A stretch of DNA of 43,297 nucleotides from Phoronis australis (Eukaryota; Animalia; Phoronida): NCBI GenBank assembly GCA_002633005.1, contig NMRA01000490.1, forward strand, positions 61,665 through 104,961, read 5' to 3'. A model generated the notes under the pieces. The model was not told where the DNA came from and did not search any database. It worked only from the letters and a program-made list of their open reading frames with translations. The position numbers and the translations under genes were made by a program. Shown here piece after piece: positions 12,398 through 24,674 of this stretch (position 1 is its first letter; each line of letters opens with the position of its first letter).

Positions 12398-14638
12398 TAC
12401 AACTCAACGGACTGGGATTACTACATATATTCCAAAACCAAACAAGTCGAAACAGTTTCTGAAAAACTGGCGACCAATAACTTTATAGAATGGTGTATAT
12501 AAACTAGCTTCGGGATGCGTAGTTATAGACAAACTGATTGCAAATGCCCAAACTGGATTTATTAAATAAAGATTAATGGCTGAGAACACGAGACTAATTT
12601 ATGATATTACGAGTTATACAGACAAACACAACATTCCACGACTACTTGTGTTGGTAGATTTTGAAAATGCTTTTGACAGTGTTTCCTAGGTAATTTCAAA
12701 GCTAATATTATTCGATGTATCAGAACATTTTATACTAAACCAGTTGCCCGTGGCATACAAAATGATTTCTGTCAGACAACTTCGTAATGGAACGCGGATG
12801 TGGGCAAGGTGATCCTCTCTCCCCTTATACATGTATTTTTATACTGTGTGTTGAAATTTTGTCCATATTGATTAAACATGATATTGAAGTGAATGGTATT
12901 AAAATTGACAACGAAGACTACGTTATAACACAATACGCAGATGACACAACTTTCACATTAGACGTAGAAAACTCTCTCAAGAACTGTCTCACCGCACACG
13001 TTGGAAACTAATATGGGGTGACGTTGATTTTAAGCTTCTGGATATTAATTTCAATGTGAACTTAGAAATTATGCCAACTTTGATGCAAAAATAAGGGAAT
13101 GGTGAATCTGATTAATATATGGTCTTGTAGAAAGCTGACTATCTTTGGAAAGGTCACAGTATTAAAAACACTTGTGCTTCCAAAAATTATACATCTGCTA
13201 AAGTTACTCCCAAGTTCCAATGATACTACTTTTGGCAATATTGAAACTTTGTTTTTCAAATTCATTTGGGGCGGAAAACCTGATAAAATGAAAAGAGGGA
13301 TACTCAAGAAATCCATAGAATATGGTGGATTAAAGATGATTGGAGTCAGAAAATTTAGTATGTCTTTAAAAATTTCATGGATTAGAGGATTCTTTTGAAC
13401 AGCATCTCCAGGCACGTATGTGTTGCAAAAAGATATCGGGCTCACCAGAGATAGAATGCTGAGCTGTGGGGACTATAGGTTAACTAGATCGGATAACAGT
13501 AACTATTACTATACAGTATTGGAGCCTTTTAATTCACAAACAAACTATTTCAGGTCACGAAGATGCGGTATCAATTAATGTGTGGGCCAACAGTAATATT
13601 ACGGTGGAATACAGCCCTTGTATGAGTCATTCGTTGAAAAATGTATAATACTTGTAAATGATTTTTTAGACTGGAATGATAACTTATACACCTTTGAAAG
13701 TTTCCAGACGATTCATCAGATGAATGTCAGCTTGCTCGAATACAATTCAATTGTTAGTGCAATAAAAATATTTGAATACGTTTTCCAAAAAGTTAATTCT
13801 AAAAAAGTTATAAGGACCACTTGTACCTTTTCCCTAAAAATATTATTTTGACGAAAAAGGGATGTCAGGATTCTTACCATATTCTGTGCAAAAATGGCAA
13901 TACCATAGGCACAAAAGAAATTCGAAGTATTGTGATTTTCACTATCAAAGAAGATGTGGAATTTCTATTACAAACTTCCAGATGAATGTACGAATGATAA
14001 AAACTTACTTTCAGTTCCGCTTACTGCATCGAATTCCGGCTACTAATTATTTTTTAAATAAGATTTGATATGTGGAATTCAAATCCTTGTACTTTTTGTA
14101 AATACTTTCCCGAAACTCTAGAGCATTTATTCTTTGAATGTGAGTATGTTAATTTCTTCTGGCATGGGGTACGTCTCTGGTTAATGACTGCAATGCAAGT
14201 AAATTTTGAAATAGACAAAACCACCATTATATTTGGTCTTCAAAATGAACATATAATAAAATTTTGAATTGGTTCCTTTTACAAACTAAAATTTTCATTT
14301 TTAAAATGAAATTTGCTAACGTCGAACCTAATTTAAGATGCCTTAAAATTTTTTTGAGGGTGTGTTTTAATGTAGAAGTTAGTGCTTCGTTAAACACACG
14401 GGAATTTAATGATACAAGCAAATGGGAAGATTGGAAGTGTGTTTTTGAAACATGAAGGGAGCCAGAGTGTTGATCAGATGCCAGAACAGAAGTGTACGTA
14501 GTGCTTTCTAATTTTGAAGTAACAATGAAATGCTTTCTAGTTTTTTGCACAGTTCTGTACGTTGTTGTGTGTTGTGTTGTGCTGTGTATATTTGTATATA
14601 TTCCTGTATTTTGTAATAAATGTATTAAATAATAAAAA
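12398..14638 (+). mobile_element. 5'-truncated L1/Tx1-clade LINE: RT, CCHC region, 3' UTR and poly-A; frameshifted
   Basis: Motifs IPKPNK..LKNWRPITL, QTGFIK, DFENAFDSV, RGCGQGDPLSPY, QYADDTT, LTIFGKVTVLK, FIWGGK and CTFC....ETLEHLFFEC. AATAAA/A-run at 14615-14639. Target-site duplication AGTTGTAATATT at 12386-12397 and 14639-14650. Confidence 0.9.
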
Positions 14639-15479
14639 AGTTGTAATATTCGAAGTGGTTCTCCGCCACTGAAACAGAATTCAGTCTTGTCACCGGATAT
14701 TTTTGCGGTTTGTTCTTAAAGACTTTGAATTTCTGTTGATGTCAAAACATAGACGTAGCACATTCCCGTCGTATGGACAAAGTGACCTTTGACCTTTGAT
14801 GTAAACGAAACAATTGCGGTTTCAAACATCAGCCATTCCGATTAAAGTCTAACTTCAACGGAATCTTGTTGTTTTAGAAGTATTGAACTAATCAGATAGT
14901 CCTAGCAAATTCTTAATAAAATAAGAAAGCGCGAGTTCAATCACACAAATGTAAGCCGTCAAATAATAGATGAAGCTGTAGCCTTTTCGTGCCATATTGC
15001 GTCACCGAGCACAAACAACAAAAGGGGTCTCAATAGAGCACCATTGCGTGCAGGTGTTATTCGTAGTTGTTCGAATTAAAAGGCGATTCTCTCAGTGACG
15101 TAGACAAAAGCAAGCCAATACGCCTGACAGTTCGTTACATTTGGCAATTTGTGGCATTAGTGAGTGGACTCAGAGCGATGCTCTTAAGTTACTGTAGGAA
15201 CCAATTTTACAGTTGGCAGTCCTAAAGCCTAGTTAGTTGTAAAGATATCGCAAAAACGAGTGTTTGAGGCGAGGAGGTCACCGGCTAGCGGGAAAAACAA
15301 TATTTTGCAGCGTCAAAAGTGGAGCCAGGGAGTCAACACTTGTTGCAACCAATGCACTGGAGGATAAAGACTGTTGCAAGGAGTATCAATCACAAATTGT
15401 ATGTCGGTAATGTTGGTCTGCAAGGCCAATTTGGGCTCCTCAAATCGGTCTATACAAGAGCAACGCGGAGCGTTGAAAT

Positions 15480-17105
15480 GCGCCCACGAATGCATCGCAA
15501 AAGGTGTGCTTTTAGGGTTATTTATTTGTATCATAAATATGGCCAGTAGATGGCGCAAAAACGTACAATCCATCCAAAAACGGGAACTTGCCATAATTCA
15601 TAAAAATCTGTCAAGTAACTTCAGTGAAAAAAGGAAAACAGAACAAAATGAAATTGCCACTTGTGTGCAGAGCGTCCGTTCGATCCGCCTGACAGTCGTC
15701 GTCTGTCATCTTCATATAAATTCACTTACTAAATTTAATAAAGATCCGGCAGTGGCTTTTAGATATACAACTATGGGCGAACAACAAAACTACCACTACG
15801 AGGCGCCACAGTAGACAGTCGCCAACATCAAACGTCCTCTTAACACTGAAAACATATACGCCAGTTTTCAAAACCATCCCTAGAATGATTTGAGTGATCG
15901 AGGGGTGGACGCCAAAAACAAGATTTTGAAACAGCAAAAATGGCCACTAGGTGGCGCAAAATATCTCGATTCCATCCAAAACAGTACGGTAGCGTCATCT
16001 CACCAATAGATGCCTATATTCAAAATTTTATGCCAGATCCGTCCGAAAGTCGTCGACGTCCTTTGTCAAAATCATATAAATACACTTGCTAAATTAAGTA
16101 AAGATCCTGCAAACGATTTAGGAGATACAGCTATAAGCGCAAAAAACAAACTGCCACTAGGAGGCGCCACAGTATTAGAACTCGTCGGAAAATCATCGTC
16201 AGCTGTCCACTTTCTAGTAAAGAAATACATGCCAATTTTAACAATTATCCTGAAAGCGGTTTGGTTGATAGATTAGTGGACGCCAAAAACCAGACTCGAA
16301 AACAGTAAAAATGGCCAATAGGTGGCGCAAAATAGGTCGAATCCATCTGAAAACGGAGAGCTAGCGTCACCTCATTAACAGATGCCTGTTTGCCAAAGTT
16401 TATGAAAATACGTTGAGGACCTTTGAACATAGAGGTAAACGTAAATAATAGAATTGCCACTAGGTGGAACACCAGTCTTCAGATCAGTACGAAAGTCGTC
16501 ATCGTCTGTTGTCAACATCATATAACTACACTTAATTAATTTAGTAAAGAATCTTCGAACGGTTTAGGAGATACAGCCATAGGCGCAAAAACATAGCTTC
16601 CACTAGGAGGCGCCACAGTAGTCGAAATCGTCGGAAAATCATCGTTAGCCGTCCATTTCGTAGCAAGAACATACGTGCCAATTTTCACAATCATACTTTG
16701 AGCGGTTTGATTGATAGAGGGGTGGACGCAAAAACAGACTCGAAAACAGTATAAATGGCCACCACGTTGCGCAAACTACGTTGAATCCGAAAACGGCGGG
16801 ACAGTGTCATCTCACTAATATGCGCCTATATACCAAATTTTAAAAAAATTCCTTCAGGACTTTTAAAGATACAGAGGTAAACGTAAAAAACTAAAATTGC
16901 CACTAGGGGGCACACCGGTACTTAGATCCGTCCAAAAGTTCGCTCATGCCGTTCCATCCACGAAAGGAACACATGTGCAAAATTTCATGAACATACGTCA
17001 AGGCGTTTTGGCGATAGAGCAGCGGACAACGGACGGACGGACTGACAGACGGACGGACGGACGGACGGAGATGACGTTCGCATATAAACATGTGGGTGCA
17101 TAATA
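15480..17105 (-). mobile_element. Helentron/HINE-like non-autonomous element, copy B (inverted relative to copy A)
   Basis: (GGAC)n microsatellite at 17029-17070, terminal gtgggtgcataa and the same ~145-bp subunits as copy A. It has an ~85-bp deletion near 16033 relative to A. The left boundary is uncertain (15340-15480). Confidence 0.65.
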
Positions 17106-19046
17106 AGGGGAATATTAAATTTGATAACTGAAGACGGAAATTACGGTTTGGGGAGTGGAAGATATGGACAGAGTCGTTGTGTGTTTGCTCCTTCTCCAGG
17201 ACTATTGTAAGTAAAACATTATGTCCACTTGCGAAATTGAATGTAGGTTTGTCAGTTGAAAATAAACGCGTAGTAATGAAAGAGATGCAGAATAAACATA
17301 AACTTAGAACGGGGTACTAACAATTTGACTGTTATACACCTATTTTATGAAAGATGTGTGCATGGCAAAGAACAGGAAGCAAGTGAATAAAATAATGTGC
17401 CAAATGCTTTGTTCGCGCAATTTTTTAATACACGTTCAAATTTTACGCGCTAAGGTACGCGTTACATAGCGATTTTCAAACGATTTTGAAATTTATTTTG
17501 TGTTTCGGTCAGTTTCCATGCTGAACTTGTTTTCCGGTTCAAGACTGTTAATACTGAGTACGTTTTAAACCATTAAACCAGTGCTTTCTGTATAAATTTT
17601 GATTTACGACAATTACCATTATAAACTTGGTCTTGTTTCCGTACCCAAATAATCATACGTGACTTCTTAGCTCAGGAAGAGCTGACGAGGCGTTAGTTTT
17701 CTTTTTTTTCAAAGCAGCCTCGTACGAGCTTATTTACGTCGGAAACAAAGCTCTGGACTGCGCTTTTGAACGCATTGATCTGGAATTCATGTGGGCTTGT
17801 CATGTTTGAAACAGATTTCTTCGGAAATGAATTTCAATTATAGCAATGATTGAGAGGTTTAAATTGTCGTTGTACATCAATATGTTTTGCTTTTCCGTTG
17901 TGGACGGCTTTGCGCTACTAGTTTTCGGAGATACGAGCTTTCAGACTTAGGAATTCAGATTTCTGGACGTTCACGTTTATTTTGAGTAACGGACACACTA
18001 CTTTTTGTCGACATTGCGAACATGCGAGCTTACAATCATTTACTGTTACTCCAACTGTGAACGTTCGGACGCACGACCTTTTTAAAACGCCCGAATATTT
18101 TGTCCGACTTGTGTGGCTTTGAACTTGCGAACTTTTAGTTTATTGAGCGATTACCAAGTTAACCCTGATGACCTTAAAAGTACAGGTTGAAAGCCTGCGT
18201 TTTAAAAATTTCACCGTCTTGATACTGCTGTTCACTTAACATGGATACAAGTACATGTATCATGTTTTCTCAAAAGACCTGGAATGTGTTACGACACGAC
18301 TGGTTAATGACACCGAGTACGTATGTTTTTGATATTACATGGGCGAATCACAAAGTAGTGCTAAGAAATCCATACGCCATATATTTTATCGTCTGCAAAA
18401 CACTAAAACAACCAAACGCGCGGTAACCAAACAATGCCGGAATTCCGAAACTGTACATACTAACAGTCGGAAGGACATGCAAACACTTCTTAAACGGACC
18501 CATCTTCGGCGGCGAATTCCATATCCACCTTCATTCAAACTGAGACGAACCCCCAACTCAAGAACCGCGGAGAGACTGCCTCGCTGTGCTGTCTCAAGAT
18601 CAATTTAGTACTCACGCGCGGGGAATCCTGCTGACTGTTATTTGTAAACATGTGCTAAGCTTTAATATTACAACCTCGAAGACCATTTATTAGATTCTAA
18701 CTTATATATTGTTACGAAAGCTGAATGCATATTTACAATTGTTAAGTTTAAAATAAAACTATCAATAAAACTATTACAAAAGTGGCGTCGTGTAGTTGAA
18801 AGTTTAAGACAAGCCGTTTTTCGGCAAAAATGGTCGTTTTCACGGTTCATGTGAGAAAAATGCTATACTTGTCTAGGCTTAATCACATGGGCAAAACTTC
18901 TTGGAAATTTTGTCAAAATCCCTCGGCAAGGATTCTCTATATCTGTGAAAATAGGCTGGGGACCCATGTTTTCTTCAGTGGTGTTCTCTGCAGCAGCCAA
19001 TGGAGATAAATAGCACAAATGTCTTTGTCATGCTCATCTGAACTAT

Positions 19047-19175
19047 ACTGTCTGAAAACCAACTCACATGTTTCACAGTAACACGTATTGTAGCACTCTC
19101 TTTGTATTTCCTTGTTTTTCTTGCAAAACCCATGCACTGCATACAGTTGGCACAACTTGGTTGTCGTTTTGCCAT
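19047..19175 (-). pseudogene. Frameshifted DM (Doublesex/Mab-3) zinc-binding domain remnant, DMRT-like
   Basis: Joining the two overlapping ORFs gives MAKRQPSCANC/AVHGF...C YNTCYCETCELVFRQ, versus DM consensus R.P.CARCRNHG.....KGHKR.C....C.C..C.L..ERQ. Confidence 0.55.
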
Positions 19176-19359
19176 ATTGTGGCGTCAGTACATCAATGCA
19201 GATTCTTGAAACTAAACAAGGGGTACTAAACGGTCATATGATGTAATACTGTCCCCGTATTTAGAGGCACATGCATCATCTACATCAACCAAACGATTTC
19301 GTGCTTTTTTCCAAGAAATTAACAAATAAACGTAATCCATTCATTTATATGCACAGCTT

Positions 19360-19517
19360 CAGTGTCGGATTTATAGGGGGCCAAGGGGCCATGCCCCCCA
19401 AAAATTCTCCCAGATTCCATTTGGCAGTTCGGGGGTGCGAATGTCAGAAGGGCAAAGGCCTACTAGCTAATACTCTGCCCTCGTCCTCCCGAACTCAAAA
19501 TCCTGGATCCGCAACCG
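19360..19517 (+). mobile_element. MITE of the CAGTGGCGGAT...ATCCGCCACTG family (hAT-like non-autonomous)
   Basis: cagtgtcggattt...ggggccatgccccc...ttggcagtt...aatgtc...gggcaaa...ctcaaaatcctggatccgc. A second copy lies at 34408-34572. Confidence 0.6.
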
Positions 19518-20672
19518 CTTTTGATTAAGTCTTCAGTAAATGGACTGTTTTCACTGATTCAACAGGGAGCATTCGCAGACGTACTTGTACTTGTACGTGT
19601 TGAAGTGGTTAATCCTTCATAATTTGGGCTACGTAGTTACCGCATGCGTTAATATTTTGCATCACGTACATGCAGAGTAGACCAAGACCATTCGGTATAA
19701 TATTACTTACACTGTAGTTTCCGTAAGACGTTGCCGTATCAATTTGTAGTACCGTACATCATTAGCAAGACTGATATATTTAACTGCTTAAAATCGCACA
19801 GGGCATATCAAAAACACCAAAAACAATCCCACCAATCGAGCAGCTGTCAAGATAGGACACACCCAAACACTATCTGATAATATGTAACTTAGCTGATCCC
19901 TAGGTAGGAGCATTTCTTGGTCGAAACATATTACGTAAAACCGAGTCGACCCATTACAACACTGGCCATCCTCCATTGTGTTTAGTGTGAAAGCCGTCCG
20001 ATTAGACATCGTACTTGTTTTCCTGTCTTTTGTGGTATAATAAGGAATGTGGAGGCGGTGATATTTGCGCTCTCTTCACTTTCCCACGGAACACCGGAGA
20101 AACGTGGATGTGTCTCAAGTTTATACAAGAAACGCGTATGTTTGTGGACATGGAGTTGGATATTGACAAAGTTTTTTTAAGTTTGATAGTATACCAATTG
20201 GGATTAGTGATCATAATCTTGTATTCACAGCGTATAACCCTTGTCTTCCTAAATTTCCGCCCTGAATTACCAAGCGCTCATGTCGCACCTACATGCAATT
20301 GATTGGGGCGTCCTTACCACAGCTGATGACCCCGATGTCGCTTGGTCTATTTTCAAGCAAAGCTTCATCGGTGTAATTAATAATCACGCCCCGTAGTTCA
20401 ACTGGAATTGAGCCCCTTACCAATATCATGAACTTAAGTTTAAAAACGGCCACAGCTCCTAATAAATGGAAGACGGCGGTCGTTACTTCCGTTTTTAAAG
20501 ACCGTGACAAATCCAGTTGCGATAAATATAGACCAATACCAGTCCGTTCTGCAGTGTTCAAAATTCTTGAAAAGTGTGTCCAAAAGCAGCTTCACCAGTT
20601 CCTGGAGGAAATTTCCATTCTATCGACAGTAGAGACTGCTTTCCTCCCCCAACATTCTACTCTGACTACAAT

Positions 20673-23654
20673 CAAGGAGTGTACGAGTATAGGAGAGTTC
20701 ACTCCGCCATTTTACCGTTCGCCGCAATGGTTACCGGTCGAAACGCTAGCGCTTCAAGCGGTGAATAATCAATACTTACTTAGGAGCGCAGTCCGAACAA
20801 TGTAATCAATGATGAATTTATACTTTAATGACGTTCAACGTGCAATAAAATTACTGTGTGATTGAAAATGGTTAGAATACGTCAACTAACATCCACTTAT
20901 AATCGAATGAGAAAGAAAATGTGTATCTTAATCAATATTAAAGTGTATTTGTTTTTATTCTTTTGAAGCTCCCTTCAAAATCTATCACGGTTTTGTTTCA
21001 TGTTTGAGTTCTTAACAAGGCAAATTATCTTTCCTTATAACAGTTCATACCTCCATGGACAATAAAATTTGAATGATTGCTCCTGGGGATTCAGAGGGTA
21101 ATTCCCTCAGGTGACAGCTAAGGGGGTACAAGGCAGACCATGTGGGCGCCAAATGGCGGGTGTTGACCATCTCCCAGGGGGGTTACATGGGAGGAGTGCT
21201 AAACAGGTAAACACCAATGGGGTATGCCACATGGGTGTTGAGCCATTCCCATAGCCATAAATTTTGGTTGCTCCCCTGACCATTGACAAACGTGTTGCTC
21301 CCAGCTCACTGCTGGTTTCACCTCCTGTCCACCCAATTTCGCATGTGTTCCTTATTCAATGCACCCAGGATACTAACAATGTGAATAATTGTTTGGTGTA
21401 ATGGGTGTTACACATGTAAGAAGAAGAAAGCAATTCATCACTACCACAAAATCGTAATATAATTTTAGAACATCCCATTATTTCTTAGACATTCCAGCAT
21501 GGGGTAAACTCGATTGCACTCTCCCACGCGCGCACCCAGGGGGCTCGGGGGGCTTGAACGAGACAAAAAGTCCGAGAAAAGGGGACAAAAGTCCACTAAA
21601 GAAACGGAAACGCGCAATTCACAGTGGTGGTCCCCGTTTTTTTTTNNNNNNNNTTTTTTTTTTTTTAGTCCGCCCACTCATTTGTTAGCAAAAGGTCTAC
21701 ATCGTCGGGAATTCGAGCCCCCCCCACATTGAGTATATCCCCACCATAACCAGTTCAAGCTCAAAATGTCGTGACAAAAAAGTTAAGAGGTGCTGAACAG
21801 CAATCAAAATATTCACTAGCCACACAACTTCATACAAACTGAATTAAAAAGACTTGGATGATAAAAATAAATTTTTTATTTTTTATACCCGCTGTTCATG
21901 TTATCAATAACAGTAAATATTTCAGGTAAGCTAAAGCTAGACCACAAGATCATATTTGTTACTTAGCCACAACTGGAGCTTAAATTAATTACAATCTCCA
22001 AAAACGTACAAATAGGCAACACATACACCAATACAACAAGAAAATCTAACCAACCTTCTCACTCTCTATTCACTAGTAAACAACAGCTCTTTTTGCCAAC
22101 GAAATGTGTTGAAGCTGATAACTAATTTACTCACAGAGGTGTTTCAGTGTCATTGAGAAGCAAAATGATACGGATAGCTTGGGTTTAACAAAATGTCAGC
22201 CCACCATTCAGACTCTAAAAGACCCATCAGTTTCATTTTGGCTCTCTTCAAATCACAGGCTAACCATTCATAAACTGTTTCAATCTGATCAACCTTAGTA
22301 AAATACGAAAACCAGATTTTAACTAATTGTCCTTTCTACACGTGATGTTCCAGTACTTGCTTTGTGAGATGATAATCAGAAATGCAAAAAGCCTATTCCA
22401 CAGCTGTATCATAATTTCCGTAGAACTTTTTGACGTCTTCATTTTTGGTGGACTGGGGACATCAAATACTGCTCGGGCACTGCATTCAATACCAGCTTGT
22501 TCTTCATTCATCAACATGGACTCCTCGAAGTGATGAGAGCATAAGTTGCAGTTCTTGGACAAGTAGAATGCACTCTATTCATAAGGTCGGCTCCCAGTGC
22601 TTGCACCTGAACAGAAAAAAATGAGAGACTCAGGAACAAACCTCATACTCATCAGGTTCACAGAAGACTGGTAGCCTACACTACAGAAGTCCTGTTGTAC
22701 TGTGATTGTGATAGAGACAAAAGCGTCTTGGCGTCAACTAAAAAAACTAGGACTCAAATGTCGATCCACGGATATTTTAAGGGGCCGCACAACTTTTCAC
22801 CGAGACCCACAGATTCCATAACGCTAAATCGTCGTGAGAGACCGTCCGGAGTTGGTATATGGTGCAACTCCGGACGGTCTGGGCTCAACAGAAAATCACA
22901 ATTCTTCTGTGAGCCTACACCAATGTGATAAACGAGACAAGTTCTACTAGCTGCATTAGCTGCAGGTATGATTATCTCTCAGTTTTATGACACAAAATGT
23001 GTAACTGGGCAAAGTCTTTTCAAGCTAGTGTATATGAATCAGTGGAGCGTGAGATCCATGAGGCGACCTGTCAAGTCCTCACGACAATTCTACGTTATGT
23101 CTCTAGCTTGACTAATGAAAACTTGAGTCCCTGTGGCTGTGATTGTGCCATGGCCGTGTCACCACGATGATTCATATTCACCCATGACCATGGCTATGTT
23201 TTCCTAAAATTATCCTTGCGATCGTTAGAGTGGCATTTTGATTTGGAACTGCAAGTGTCCAAAAAGCAGATGATCACATCGCACGTTAATCAGTAGTCCT
23301 TCCGCCGACTGACCAGTAGGCCTAGCCTACACTGCAAACAACAGACAGTGGCACCGGGACGTGCGATCGACTTGTCTAACAACTGTGAACAGAACACACA
23401 AAATGAAAGACAATGTATTATATTATTGAATAACATATAACACTTACCTTTCCGGATCCTTAGAAAACCTAAAAAACGACACGTCTGGGGTTGTCGTGGA
23501 TGAATTAGTGCAATTTACCGCACTGCATAATGCGCCCTTACCCATTGTTTTGGCGCTTCCTGGTTGACTGTTGCTTGTTCATCACTTGGCGGCGCTAGTA
23601 GTAGCGGTAACAGCGAACTCACAAGTGAACTCTCCTATACTACTACACTCCTTG
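20673..23654 (-). mobile_element. P-element-like THAP DNA transposon (non-autonomous, internally deleted)
   Basis: 31-bp TIRs, CAAGGAGTGTACGAGTATAGGAGAGTTCACT (20673-20703) and its near-perfect reverse complement (23624-23654, 29/31 identical). 7-bp TSD CTACAAT at 20666-20672 and 23655-23661. Contains a spliced THAP remnant. Confidence 0.85.
22430..23545 (-). pseudogene. Two-exon THAP domain remnant of the P-like element
   Basis: Exon 1 (23545-23448) MGKGALCSAVNCTNSSTTTPDVSFFRFSKDPE-R, then a phase-2 GT..AG intron. Exon 2 from 22606 reads RCKHW...YLSKNCNLCSHHFEESM...NKLVLNAVP..FDVPSPPK, with frameshifts. Confidence 0.8.
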
Positions 23655-24670
23655 CTACAATCATTCACGCGACTGATTTTATCTTTAACAAATGAATATG
23701 GATCAGTGGAGGCTTCCAGATTTTTTGTTGACCTTAAGACACCGTGAACCATGGTATCCTATTAAAGAAACTCGAATCCTGTGGAGCTAACAAAAACGAA
23801 CTCTTTTGGTTTAAAAGCTAATACGACAGCAAACAGGCTACCAAATACGGTAATATTCTTACAGACTTCTCAACCGTTATCACGGGCGTACCTCAGGGGT
23901 CCATTCTGATCCCTCTATTATTCACTATTTTTGTTAACCATCTACTTACTATCCTCCACAACAGTGTACCAGTTTTATATGCTGATGGCACTGCAATTAT
24001 GTCCACAACTGGATCAGTAACATAACTTGAAACTTCTCTCAACGATGAGCTAGCCCTTATCCGGCATGACTGGCTTCTTCAAAATAAACTCACTCTTAAC
24101 GTTAGGAAAACTAGGTTATACTGTCGGGAACCCACCAGAAACGAAAACAAAAGAATCTGTCTCTTTAGTATAGACGGTTTCCCTATGCAGAGTGTCGACA
24201 AGTTTAAGTACTTGGGCTTTGTTTTAGTTGCAAACCTTAAATCGCAAAGAAATTGTTAAAGAAAATCGACGTACTTAAATGTCTACGTAAATTTCTTAAT
24301 GTCAGCACTCTTAATACACTTTACCATCCTATTATTCAGCATCATATTGTTTATTGTTTACCGGTTTGCGGACATAACAACGACACTCTTGTTAGCAGAG
24401 TTCAACTAATCAAAAATAGAGCAACCAGGGCTGGGTACTAGACCTAGGGACACACGGGTCGACGACTTGAAGTCCAAGTTTGAATTTATGAAACCAAAAC
24501 AAATAAATAAATATATCTGCCTGCTGCATGTACAGATGTGTCAATGGCCTTGCTCCACCATACCTAGCCGTAAATTCAGTAGCAATCAAGCTCTATACTC
24601 ACAACGTTCATTCGTTTTTGGCAATGATTCTTTTAAAATATTAAAACCAAGACCGGCAACAGATCTTTTA

Positions 24671-24674
24671 CTGC

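Noticed and set aside
8247-15480. One giant composite transposon with 1.4-kb TIRs (copies A and B as its arms)
   Set aside because: The arms are clearly diverged, differ in length and indels, and I found no TSD at the outer ends. Two independent insertions in opposite orientation explain it more simply.
15313-15814. 146-aa ORF and overlapping ORFs as host genes
   Set aside because: They lie within the non-coding repeat subunits of Helentron-like copy B and show no recognisable domain or splice structure.
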